This document shows, one piece after another, positions 20,020 to 29,327 of a DNA stretch of 64,000 nt (positions are counted from its first letter, which is position 1; each line of letters begins with the position of its first letter). The translations under genes and the position numbers were made by a program. The stretch is taken from positions 2,176,001 to 2,240,000 of the forward strand of contig OY969767.1 of assembly GCA_963702895.1 (NCBI GenBank). Reading direction: 5' to 3'. This DNA is from an uncultured Elusimicrobia bacterium (GTDB taxonomy: Bacteria > Elusimicrobiota > Elusimicrobia > 2-01-FULL-59-12). The notes beneath the pieces were generated by a model, which saw only the letters and a program-made list of their open reading frames with translations, made no database searches and was not told the DNA's origin.

Positions 20020-23000
20020 TCACCGGATCACCACCACTTGCCCCGTCTTTTTGGCTCCGCCGTCCGCCTTCAGGTGATAGACGTAAATCCCCGAGGCCAC
20101 CCGGTCGCCGCTTTCATTGGTCAGGTCCCAGGTGACCGAGCTGCTTGAGGTGGGCAGCGTCTTCACGTGGTGCCCCGAGACTGTAAAGATCTTGATCTCG
20201 GTATCGATCGTGAGACTGTCAAAAGTGACCGACCTCGCCGCGTGCCGGTCGCTCCGCCAAGGGTTGGGATAGACCCGGACCTGATCGAGATTGGCTGACA
20301 CCAGCGTTACCTGCGCCGAAGCCGGCGAAGAGGCGCTGCCGGAGGCGTCATGGGCCGTGACGGTCACGAGGTATGTTCCCAGGTCAAGGTTCTGCGCGGC
20401 GAGGCTTGCGACCGTAGAAGCCGTGGTGAAAGAGGCGCTTGGAGCATGTCCCGCACTTAGCGTCCCGTGTCTCGCGTCTTGCGTCTCGCGTCCGACGTCA
20501 ACCGCTGTCGGTGCTGGACTCGGGACCCGGAACCCGGGACTCGAGACTTGTGACGCGGGACTCGAGACTCGAGACTCGGGACTCGAGACTTGCGACGCGG
20601 GACTCGAGACTCGGGACGCGGGACCCACCATCGACGTAAACGTCCAACTGAAATACGCCGGCGCCACAGACCCGCCGTAGCCGGCGCGCACTTCGGCGTT
20701 CACCGGCAGATAAGCCGGCAGGTTCAAGGTCGGGGTGGCCAGGCCGCCGGGAGGTGGAGGGGGTGGAGGAGGAGGCGGGGGTGGTGGCACGACGATCGGA
20801 CAGCTGCCGGAGGGGCAATACTCATAGGCTCCGATGTCCCAGGCGGTACCTTGAGGCCGCGACACACCCTCCTTGTCGGTGGCGAACTCGCTTTGCACGC
20901 TTCCCGCATCGATCACCGGTGAGCCGGCCAGAGGCTTATACGATCCATCCAAACGAGGATCGACGTTCAGGCCATGGGCATCGAACCCCAGCGCGCGCCA
21001 CTCGGACCAGGTCTTGTCGGCATCTCGGTAGCGAACGAGTGCGCTCGCACCCTCATGATGGTTGTAGTCCAGCGATACAACGTTAACCCCTCCGGATAAA
21101 TCGATGCTATACCGCCCATTTTTGGAGAGGATATTATTCTGCAACTTTGAAATCGTGATGGTTCGGCCGCCTGACGCGGACGCCCTGAAACCGGTTCGCG
21201 TGTTGGAAACAATCGTGTTGTTGAGTATTTGTAGGTTTGAGATCGTGGCCCCCGCCGCCGTCGCGAAGACCTGGATGCCTTGCTGGGCATTGCCATGGAT
21301 CAGATTGTTGTAGACGAGAATGTTATTGAGCGTTTTGCCGTTCCCTGCTCCGTCGCCGTCCGCGTTAATCATGATGCCGTGCCCGCCGTCACCCACATCG
21401 CGAGGTTGGAGGCTGTAGAGCTCGTTCCCGTAGACTTGCACATCGCTTGCCGCCACAACGATCCCTGCCAGGACGCCCCCCGTAGCCCCCGCATAGACGA
21501 TGTTGTTGCGAACAATCGCTCCAAAGTTTCCCGGTTTGATGTCAATGTCCCCTTCCCCTGCCGTGCCCGCATTGATGACCGTATTGCCTTCTACCACAGT
21601 CCCCGTGATGGTGTCCGCCAGATAGTTGTAATGCCCCATGTAGATACCTTCCAGCGGGGTATTGCTGATCACGTTATCGCGGACCGTAATGTTGTAACAG
21701 CCGTCTTCGGCGTAGCCAAACCAGATCCCGTGATTGTTGACCGGGGTGTCCACAATGTTGTTCTCCACCAGCACATCGTAGATGTTGCGAGTCGGATTCG
21801 CGGTACCAAGCGCGACACCGCCCCACGACGGCCTGATGAGCTGGAACCCCCGTATAGTTATGAAGGCGTTGTCGTTGTGGACAGAGATCGTGCCGCCCCC
21901 CCCGCCTGCATGGGTCAGCGTGGCTCGATTGCCCGGTACCGTCTCCGTCTGCCACACCGCCGTGCCGCTGATCGCGGTGTTGTACTTTGATTGCCCGTCA
22001 AGTCGAAGGGGGCGCTCGGCGTTAGCGCTGGTGCCGACCGGGATGGTGAGGTACTGATCGTCGTTCCACGTGGCGCGGCTTGAGAAGTAGAGGGTGACCG
22101 GCCCAACTTGTAAGGCGCTCTTGATCAGTGTCCAATTGATGTCGCCGCGCCGCTTCCAAGGATTGGCGGCGGAACCGTCCCCCGAAGTAGTGCGGGCATA
22201 ATCAATAAAGTATTCGGTGCCCTCTGTAGCGGTAGATCCGAAAGTCGTAGCGCTCGCCGCGGCCGACAGCGCCGAGACATTCCCGGCCGCATCGTAAGCG
22301 GTCACGCGGTAGCTGTAGGACGTCGAAGGCACAAGGCCCGTGCTTATATAGGAAGTCCCACTGGTGACGCTCGAGATCCAGACCCCATTGCGATAAATAC
22401 CGTAGCCTGCCACCCCGACCGCATCAGTCGAGGCGGTCCAAGAAAGATTGATCGCTGTCGAAGAAACGGCCACCGCCGCGAGGCCCGTCGGCACCGAAGG
22501 GGGGGTCGTGTCCGGCGGAGGGGGTGCTCCACTTGTTGCGGCGACGTAGAGGGTTTTGCTCGCGTAAAGCGGGTAAACCCTCACGCCGAGCGCTCCGCCG
22601 CCCACAGAGCAAGTGTAAGGACTTGCGTTGTCGACCGTGGTCGGGATGCCATCCTCGTAACAAACGACAAAACGAACAAGCTCCGTGTCCGAGGGCGTTA
22701 CAGTAACAAGCCCGCCCGACTGAGAATAGGTCGCGCTCAAGGTGTAGCCGCCCGCCTTGTAGGGATACGCCCCGATGTCGGGTGTGGCATCGTGACCGAA
22801 GTACACCGCCTCCCCGTTGGCCCATGTGAAGGACGGCGTAACGGTGATGGCGTTTCCTGAGATACTCACCACGGTCACGACGTCGGTGCCGACCGTGATC
22901 GTATCGCCCACCACCACATTGCCGCCATATTGCGTGATGGTCGTATCATCATCAGAAAAGTAGCTGGCGTCACCCACCATGAACGTCGTGCCCGTATTGT

Positions 23001-24369
23001 TGGCGGACGTGACCGTCGTGAGCGGACCACCTGCATTTCGTGCGGGTGAGCCAGACTGAAGCGTAAAATCTCGAGTTGCCGCATTGGTCACTAATGGATT
23101 CGTATTCCGGAGAGAATGCGCTTCGGCGTTGATTGTACTCGCGTAATTGATCGATCCGCCTATATCGTAAAAAATATTGTAGTCATGCACGGCGGGAGTA
23201 TCATCATAGACACCGACTGGATTCGTCCCTGGCCACCACGCTTGGTGCCAGATATTGTTCAAGACCCCTCGGCCAGCCGCGACGTTACTACCACGGTCAT
23301 AAGTGACATAATGCGAGGCATATGCGATGGTTTCGTGATAAATTTTGAGGAAAGCCTGTCCGTCCGCAAGCCCAAAACACTGCCCGCCTGCGTTGCCATT
23401 ACTGGACCAGACGTTTCGCCGGAATATCGTATAGGCGTCCAAGCTGGCTGAATTGGTTTCGATATTGGTACAGTGATGTTCACTTCCGGACTCATCGGCG
23501 TAGAAATTCCCCTCATACAGTGAGTGGCCCAAGCCAATAGAATCCTGACCGGATTGAATGAAATCGGTATGAGATGAAGGAGCCGCATTCACATTATGGC
23601 TATAGTTGTTCAGTAGCCTATTTCTTTGCCCAAAGAGATAGATGAAGTCAACCTCGGGGGTGTCGGATTCGTTATAGGCAATGACGTTGCTGTTGCCACG
23701 AACCTGAAAATCTTTGAATGCGGAATGCTTAATCACATTGCCGATAAAGAGACAGTTGTTGGATTGGTATAGCCTAGCTCCGTTGTCCGTTCTTATGGAA
23801 TCTCCTTCAAAGTTCTGTATGGTGTTATTCCATATCTCAACATAATCAGCATTTTGCAGGTAGATCCCATCGTTTCTGGTATTTCCGCCTTCGACGATAA
23901 AACCTATCACTCGAATCCAATCGCCAGTAATGACCCATCCGAAATTCGTCACAGACCCATCAGCCACGAAGGTGATGTAGTTTCCGGCAGACCCCGAGCT
24001 ACTGGCCGTGACTACCTCTGCGTAAGTGCCCGCCTGCACCCGGATCACATCTCCCGCCGCGACGTGATCGGCCGCCCAGTCGATGGTCCGCCACGCCCCG
24101 CCCGAGGTGTTCGTCAATCCGGTGTTGGTGTTGTTCCCATCGGCGCGGACATAATAGGTGGCCGCTTGCGCCGCCGGAGCAGCCAGCATCAAGAGAAGGA
24201 CGTATCGGAGTAACGGGGTAACGGTGTATCGGAGTAACGGCACGACGGCAGCGAGCAGCACAAAGCGAACAGCGCACAGAGCACAGCGTGCGGCATCACG
24301 TTCTCCGCTGTTCGCTCTTCTCTGTTCGCTCTGCGCTGCCGTTGTGTTGATGCGCTGATAACGACTCAC
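20020..24369 (-). CDS. G8: secreted protein (beta-helix, FN3, beta-helix, Ig-like, CTD)
   Basis: 1449 aa; ATYYVRADGNN; DTTPPSVPTGL FN3; WDIGAYEY; poly-Pro linker; CTD. Confidence 0.9.
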   Translation of the reverse strand: MSRYQRINTTAAQSEQRRANSGERDAARCALCAVRFVLLAAVVPLLRYTVTPLLRYVLLLMLAAPAAQAATYYVRADGNNTNTGLTNTSGGAWRTIDWAADHVAAGDVIRVQAGTYAEVVTASSSGSAGNYITFVADGSVTNFGWVITGDWIRVIGFIVEGGNTRNDGIYLQNADYVEIWNNTIQNFEGDSIRTDNGARLYQSNNCLFIGNVIKHSAFKDFQVRGNSNVIAYNESDTPEVDFIYLFGQRNRLLNNYSHNVNAAPSSHTDFIQSGQDSIGLGHSLYEGNFYADESGSEHHCTNIETNSASLDAYTIFRRNVWSSNGNAGGQCFGLADGQAFLKIYHETIAYASHYVTYDRGSNVAAGRGVLNNIWHQAWWPGTNPVGVYDDTPAVHDYNIFYDIGGSINYASTINAEAHSLRNTNPLVTNAATRDFTLQSGSPARNAGGPLTTVTSANNTGTTFMVGDASYFSDDDTTITQYGGNVVVGDTITVGTDVVTVVSISGNAITVTPSFTWANGEAVYFGHDATPDIGAYPYKAGGYTLSATYSQSGGLVTVTPSDTELVRFVVCYEDGIPTTVDNASPYTCSVGGGALGVRVYPLYASKTLYVAATSGAPPPPDTTPPSVPTGLAAVAVSSTAINLSWTASTDAVGVAGYGIYRNGVWISSVTSGTSYISTGLVPSTSYSYRVTAYDAAGNVSALSAAASATTFGSTATEGTEYFIDYARTTSGDGSAANPWKRRGDINWTLIKSALQVGPVTLYFSSRATWNDDQYLTIPVGTSANAERPLRLDGQSKYNTAISGTAVWQTETVPGNRATLTHAGGGGGTISVHNDNAFITIRGFQLIRPSWGGVALGTANPTRNIYDVLVENNIVDTPVNNHGIWFGYAEDGCYNITVRDNVISNTPLEGIYMGHYNYLADTITGTVVEGNTVINAGTAGEGDIDIKPGNFGAIVRNNIVYAGATGGVLAGIVVAASDVQVYGNELYSLQPRDVGDGGHGIMINADGDGAGNGKTLNNILVYNNLIHGNAQQGIQVFATAAGATISNLQILNNTIVSNTRTGFRASASGGRTITISKLQNNILSKNGRYSIDLSGGVNVVSLDYNHHEGASALVRYRDADKTWSEWRALGFDAHGLNVDPRLDGSYKPLAGSPVIDAGSVQSEFATDKEGVSRPQGTAWDIGAYEYCPSGSCPIVVPPPPPPPPPPPPPGGLATPTLNLPAYLPVNAEVRAGYGGSVAPAYFSWTFTSMVGPASRVSSPASQVSSPESRVSSPASQVSSPGFRVPSPAPTAVDVGRETQDARHGTLSAGHAPSASFTTASTVASLAAQNLDLGTYLVTVTAHDASGSASSPASAQVTLVSANLDQVRVYPNPWRSDRHAARSVTFDSLTIDTEIKIFTVSGHHVKTLPTSSSSVTWDLTNESGDRVASGIYVYHLKADGGAKKTGQVVVIR

Positions 24370-27300
24370 TTAATCACCACCACTTTCCCCGTCTTTTTGG
24401 CTCCGCCTTCCGCCTTCAGGTGATAGACATAGATCCCCGAGGCCACCCGGTCGCCGCTCTCATTGGTCAGGTCCCAGGTGATGGAGCTGCTTGAGGTGGG
24501 CAGCGTCTTCACGTGATGCCCCGAGACCGTGAAGATCTTGATCTCGGTATCGACCGTGAGTTGGTCAAAGGTGACTGACCTTGTGCTGTGCCGGTCGCTG
24601 CGCCAGGGGTTGGGATAAACACGGACCTGATCGAGATTGGCCGAGACGAGCGTCACCTGCGCCGATGCCGGTGAAGAGGCGCTGCCAGAGGCGTCATGGG
24701 CCGTGACGGTCACAAGGTATGTTCCCAGGTCAAGGTTCTGCGCGGCGAGGCTTGCGACCGTTGAAGCCGTGGTGAAAGAGGCGCTTGGAGCATGTCCCGC
24801 ACTTAGCGTCCCGTGTCTCGCGTCTGGCGTCTCGCGTCCGACGTCAACCGCTGTCGGTGCTGGACTCGGGACCCGGGACCCGGGACTCGAGACTTGTGAC
24901 GCGGGACTCGAGACTCGGGACTCGGGACTCGAGACTTGCGACGCGGGACTCGAGACTCGGGACGCGGGACCCACCATCGACGTAAACGTCCAACTGAAAT
25001 ACGCCGGCGCCACAGACCCGCCGTAGCCGGCGCGCACTTCGGCGTTGACCGGCAGATAGTCAGGAAGATTGAGCGTCGGCCTGGACAGGCCGCTGGGTGG
25101 AGGAGGCGAAGACGGCGCCTGCGTCGTAGCGCTTGCCGCGACCGACAGCGCCGAGACATTCCCGGCCGCATCATAAGCCGTCACGCGGTAGCTGTAAGAC
25201 GTCGAAGACACAAGGCCCGTGCTTATATAGGAAGTCCCACTGGTGACGCTCGAGATCCAGACCCCATTGCGATAAATACCGTAGCCTGCCACCCCGACCG
25301 CATCAGTCGAGGCGGTCCAAGAAAGATTGATCGCTGTCGAAGAAACGGCCACCGCCGCGAGGCCCGTCGGCACCGATGGCGGGGTCGTGTCCGGAGGCGG
25401 GGTGCTGGTCGTGTATTCATAGGCTCCGACGTCAGGAGCACTGCCGTAAAGCACCCTCATGCCATCTGATTTCCTGTAGAGCCACACAGAATCGCCGTCA
25501 TTGCGGCTGATGCTGTTGGCCAGGGTCAGCGTATGGGTGAGATAGTCTATGGCTAAAATCTGCCCTGTATTGGCCGCCGATCCTACAGCGATCCAGTCCG
25601 CGTTCGTGCCTGCCCAGCCCGGCTGAAAATACCCGGCATCCTGGAGGATCAGCGTCGTTCCCGATCCGCCGTCCGAAGTGGCCACCGTCGTGAGGGCAGC
25701 TCCGGCATCAATGGCGGGGGAAGTCGCTTGGAGAGTGCCGTTCGAAGGATAGTTGGCGAGGAGAGGGTTCCTGTTCTTCAAGGTGTTATAGGTCGCTTCC
25801 ATGCTGATCGGACCCATCCACTCCCCAGTGTACCCGTCCGCATACGGGAGATTGCCGTTGGATTCCTGAGTTCCTGACCCCCCGGTGTAGATCGGCCAGC
25901 GATTCAGCGTGCTGATCGTGTTGTAGCAGAGGTTGTTCTTGGCACGGCTGTAAGGCGAGTTCGCGGGCATCATCATGCAGCTGAGGTCCGAGGAGGATGG
26001 CCCACCGGCCGAAATGGTGTTGCTGAAGAGATAGTACCGGCTCTGATTGGTGCATGGCACACAGATCCCCGGCGCGGCGAGATCTTGGACGTTGTGGGTG
26101 TAGTTGTATCGCATGATGATGTTCCGTTGCGCCCCATAACTCCCAGACTCCAGCCACGTAAAATGGGAGTTGCCGGTCGGATCGAGCGCGTTCCGAAAGA
26201 CATTGCCCTCGATCAGACTCTCAATGATCTCCGTCGGCCCATTGTGGATGCCATCCATGTGCGCGGGGGACTGAACGCCGGTTTCGTCCGCGTCCATGTC
26301 ATGCAGGACATTATTCCGGATGACGGAGTGGTTCCCACCCCAGTTGATGGCGTCATCGGTCGTATGCGAGATGTCGTTCCCTTCAATCAGCGTGTTGTCG
26401 CCATAGCTCGCAATCCCCCAGGCTGTCCCATTGGACTCCAGGAGATAGTACCACCCGCATCGTGTGATGACGTTGTTTCGGATGATGGCGTGATGCGAAC
26501 GGGAGCCGCTCGCCGGATTGAAGCGGACGCAGGTGTTGCGCTCCGCCGTGATGGAGTTATTCTCCACCGTGACACCGATGGCAGAATTCACGTCCACGCC
26601 GATGGATGACGTACTGCCGGTGTGGATCGTGAACCCCGAAATCGTGAGGTAGGGATGGGTGATGGAGAACCCCCGCACCGTGGGCCTCTGTCCCGTTGCC
26701 GCGGCGATGCTGATGCGAGCGCTGTTCGAGGTGCCGCCGCGCACTGAAGACACGCGCTCGTTGTAAGTCCCGTCATAAACCTCGCAGGTCTGCCCCGCTT
26801 GTGCCGCGTTCACGCAGGCCTGAATCGTCGTGAAGTGGCCGGAGCCATCGGGTTTAACCGTATAGGTGTCCGGTGGCGGGGACACCCCAGGCGTTGCGGC
26901 GACGTAGAGAGTTTTGCTCGCGTAAAGCGGGTAAACCCTCACCTCGAGCGCTCCGCCGCCCACAGGGCAAGCATAAGGACTGGTGTGATCGACCGTGGTC
27001 GGTATGCCGTCTTCATAGCACACCACAAAACGAACCAGCCCCGCGTCGGAAGGCGTGACGGTCACGACCCCGCCGGATTGAGAATAGGTCGCGCTCAGCG
27101 TGTACCCGCCCGCCTTGTAGGGATAGGCTCCAATGTCCGGAGTCGTTGTAGAACCATAGTAGACAGGTTCGCCGTTGGCCCAGGTAAACGGCGACGTGAC
27201 GGTGATGGCATCCCCGGCAACGCTGGCGATGGTGACGACATCGTTGCCAACCGTGATGGTGTCGCCGACAATGAGGTTCCCACCGTACTGGGAGAGGTTC

Positions 27301-28706
27301 GTGTTGTCACCCCGGAAGAACCCCCCTCCAGGGGTCGCTACGTTGAAGGTCGTCCCCGTTCCGCTGCCGCTCACCGTTGTAAGCGGTCCGGCCTTGCCGA
27401 TGGCCCCGGAACCAGCGCCCAGGGTGAAGTCATCCGTGGCGAAATTGACGAATCGCGGGTTGACGTTCGACTGTTCATGGGCTTGCATCGTCCACATCGA
27501 CGCAAAAGAAACAGGGCCATCGGGGTCATACGCAAGGTTGTAGTCGGACGTCAGCCCGCCCGTCACATAAAAGACTTCTAAGTTGGAGGTGGCACTGTCC
27601 CCCCAGCTTTGATATTCGAGATTGTTCAAGATGAAGCCGTCGGACGTCATCGGTCCGTACCAGCACACCCCGTATCGCGTCGTGGGGGAGTTGCGGGAAG
27701 CGCCAGCGGTCGTGTTGTTGTAATAGCGCGTGAAACTGACGGGTCCAACACTGGTTTGATTAATACCCACCGTTGCTTGGCTGACGTTATGCCAGACGTT
27801 GCGGCGGAAGATATTTTCCGTCATAGGGCCGCAGGCACCGGTGCAATTCCCTGGTTGGCCGTGACTGATCTGGGCCGTATGTTCATCCCCGGCGTTGCCG
27901 ACACCCACTTGGAAGTGGCCCTCAATCAAACTGTTGCTCCAGCCCCGATTGTTTGAGCCGGTCTGAAAAACATCGGAATGACCACCCGAGGCTTCACTGA
28001 AATCGTGCGTATAATTTCCAATCCATCGGTTATGGGAGCCCATGATCAAGAATCCATCAGGGTGGGAATTATAAACTTCGTTATAGGCGATGAAATTATT
28101 GTCACCCCAGGTGCCGACGGCCATGCCGGAACCGTTGCCGATGCCAAAATTCGCGAAGGTGTTGCCGATGATGAGGCTATTATTAATCACTCCGCTGCAG
28201 CCGTAGCCGCATCGGATGCCATTACCTAGCCCATTTCTGATGGTGTTGTTCCAAAACTCTAAATAGCTTACGGTACCGCATATCAAAACAACCCCACTTT
28301 GGAGACTGCACGAGCCTGCATCCGAATCCATGGAAAAGCCAATGACGCGAATGAAATTGTTGCCGGTAAAATCAAACCCGCAGACCGTGACGGCTCCGTC
28401 AGCCATGAACGTAACGGTGTTCGACACGGATGTCCCATTCACCCCCGGCGTAACGCGCTCTTCATACGTGCCAGGCTGAACGCGGACGACATCGCCCGCT
28501 CTGACGTGATCCGCCGCCCAGTCGATGCTACGCCACGCCCCGCCAGTTGTGTTCGACGTCCCGGGGTTGCCATTGTTCCCGTCGGTCCGGACATAGTAGG
28601 TCGCCGCCTGCGCCTTGGATAGGACTAAAATAAAGACTAAAATCAGACCTAATATAGTCTTGAAATAAGACCTCTTGTAGTCTATAATCGGTTCAGGAGG
28701 TCTCAT
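24366..28706 (-). CDS. G7: secreted protein (two beta-helix modules, FN3, Ig-like, CTD)
   Basis: Signal TILGLILVFILVLSKAQA before ATYYVRTDGNN; nearest ATG is 28706, but the frame stays open to ATG 29327. Confidence 0.85.
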   Translation of the reverse strand: MRPPEPIIDYKRSYFKTILGLILVFILVLSKAQAATYYVRTDGNNGNPGTSNTTGGAWRSIDWAADHVRAGDVVRVQPGTYEERVTPGVNGTSVSNTVTFMADGAVTVCGFDFTGNNFIRVIGFSMDSDAGSCSLQSGVVLICGTVSYLEFWNNTIRNGLGNGIRCGYGCSGVINNSLIIGNTFANFGIGNGSGMAVGTWGDNNFIAYNEVYNSHPDGFLIMGSHNRWIGNYTHDFSEASGGHSDVFQTGSNNRGWSNSLIEGHFQVGVGNAGDEHTAQISHGQPGNCTGACGPMTENIFRRNVWHNVSQATVGINQTSVGPVSFTRYYNNTTAGASRNSPTTRYGVCWYGPMTSDGFILNNLEYQSWGDSATSNLEVFYVTGGLTSDYNLAYDPDGPVSFASMWTMQAHEQSNVNPRFVNFATDDFTLGAGSGAIGKAGPLTTVSGSGTGTTFNVATPGGGFFRGDNTNLSQYGGNLIVGDTITVGNDVVTIASVAGDAITVTSPFTWANGEPVYYGSTTTPDIGAYPYKAGGYTLSATYSQSGGVVTVTPSDAGLVRFVVCYEDGIPTTVDHTSPYACPVGGGALEVRVYPLYASKTLYVAATPGVSPPPDTYTVKPDGSGHFTTIQACVNAAQAGQTCEVYDGTYNERVSSVRGGTSNSARISIAAATGQRPTVRGFSITHPYLTISGFTIHTGSTSSIGVDVNSAIGVTVENNSITAERNTCVRFNPASGSRSHHAIIRNNVITRCGWYYLLESNGTAWGIASYGDNTLIEGNDISHTTDDAINWGGNHSVIRNNVLHDMDADETGVQSPAHMDGIHNGPTEIIESLIEGNVFRNALDPTGNSHFTWLESGSYGAQRNIIMRYNYTHNVQDLAAPGICVPCTNQSRYYLFSNTISAGGPSSSDLSCMMMPANSPYSRAKNNLCYNTISTLNRWPIYTGGSGTQESNGNLPYADGYTGEWMGPISMEATYNTLKNRNPLLANYPSNGTLQATSPAIDAGAALTTVATSDGGSGTTLILQDAGYFQPGWAGTNADWIAVGSAANTGQILAIDYLTHTLTLANSISRNDGDSVWLYRKSDGMRVLYGSAPDVGAYEYTTSTPPPDTTPPSVPTGLAAVAVSSTAINLSWTASTDAVGVAGYGIYRNGVWISSVTSGTSYISTGLVSSTSYSYRVTAYDAAGNVSALSVAASATTQAPSSPPPPSGLSRPTLNLPDYLPVNAEVRAGYGGSVAPAYFSWTFTSMVGPASRVSSPASQVSSPESRVSSPASQVSSPGSRVPSPAPTAVDVGRETPDARHGTLSAGHAPSASFTTASTVASLAAQNLDLGTYLVTVTAHDASGSASSPASAQVTLVSANLDQVRVYPNPWRSDRHSTRSVTFDQLTVDTEIKIFTVSGHHVKTLPTSSSSITWDLTNESGDRVASGIYVYHLKAEGGAKKTGKVVVIK
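28660..28700 (+). promoter_or_regulatory. Sigma70-type promoter, RBS and probable operator repeats of the TA operon
   Basis: TTGAAA (28660-28665), 17-nt spacer, TATAAT (28683-28688); AGGAGG at 28695-28700; AGACCT-N6-AGTCT quasi-palindromes overlap both boxes. Confidence 0.8.
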
Positions 28707-28998
28707 GAGAATCATCCAATTCGCAAAAGACATTGTCCCAATCGGAGCCTTCAAGGCGCAGGCCGCGGCGTGGCTGAGTCGTCTTCGGGAAACCGGACAT
28801 TTGGTCGTCATCACACAGAATGGTAAACCGGCAGGGATTCTTCTTTCCCCGTCGGAGTTTGATCGGATCCAGGAGAAAGAGCGATTTTTAGAGTCTGTGG
28901 CCAAAGGCCTTGCAGACGCTGAAGCCAACCGGGTCATGAGCAGCTCAGAGCTCAAGCGACGACTTGGCGCGTGGCGGCAAGCGAAAAAGGCTTCGTGA
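28705..28998 (+). CDS. Phd/YefM family antitoxin
   Basis: 97 aa; FKAQAAAWL...VVITQNGKPAGILLSPSEFD; strong RBS. Confidence 0.9.
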   Translation: MRIIQFAKDIVPIGAFKAQAAAWLSRLRETGHLVVITQNGKPAGILLSPSEFDRIQEKERFLESVAKGLADAEANRVMSSSELKRRLGAWRQAKKAS

Positions 28999-29297
28999 GG
29001 GTTGTTTGGACGGAGCAGGCGCTGGAGCGGCTCCAGGAAATTGAAGATTTTATCTCTCAAGATTCTCCCGAACGAGCGGACCGTTTTATCACCCGCTTGA
29101 TCGAACGCGGCGATGCCGTCGCCTCTTTTCCCAGCACGGGACGCCAAGTCCCTGAGTTGGGATTGGGCTCGATCAGAGAAGTTCTCGAAGGCAACTACCG
29201 CCTTGTGTATCGCATCACTCCGGTGCGCATTGAAGTCCTGACTGTTTTCGAGGGCCACCGGCAGCTGCCGCTCAGCGACATCACGCCGCAAACGTAA
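28995..29297 (+). CDS. RelE/ParE family toxin
   Basis: GTGA overlap with the antitoxin stop; VVWTEQALERLQEIEDFI, FPSTGRQVPE, GNYRLVYRI. Confidence 0.9.
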   Translation: MRVVWTEQALERLQEIEDFISQDSPERADRFITRLIERGDAVASFPSTGRQVPELGLGSIREVLEGNYRLVYRITPVRIEVLTVFEGHRQLPLSDITPQT

Positions 29298-29327
29298 CCC
29301 GCTCATCACTTTACGGTTGTCTCGCAT

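Noticed and set aside
20291..20680. Repeated 129-aa plus-strand ORFs (also at 24637, 38081, 41614)
   Set aside because: Antisense consequence of the duplicated pre-CTD DNA; TTG starts and low complexity.
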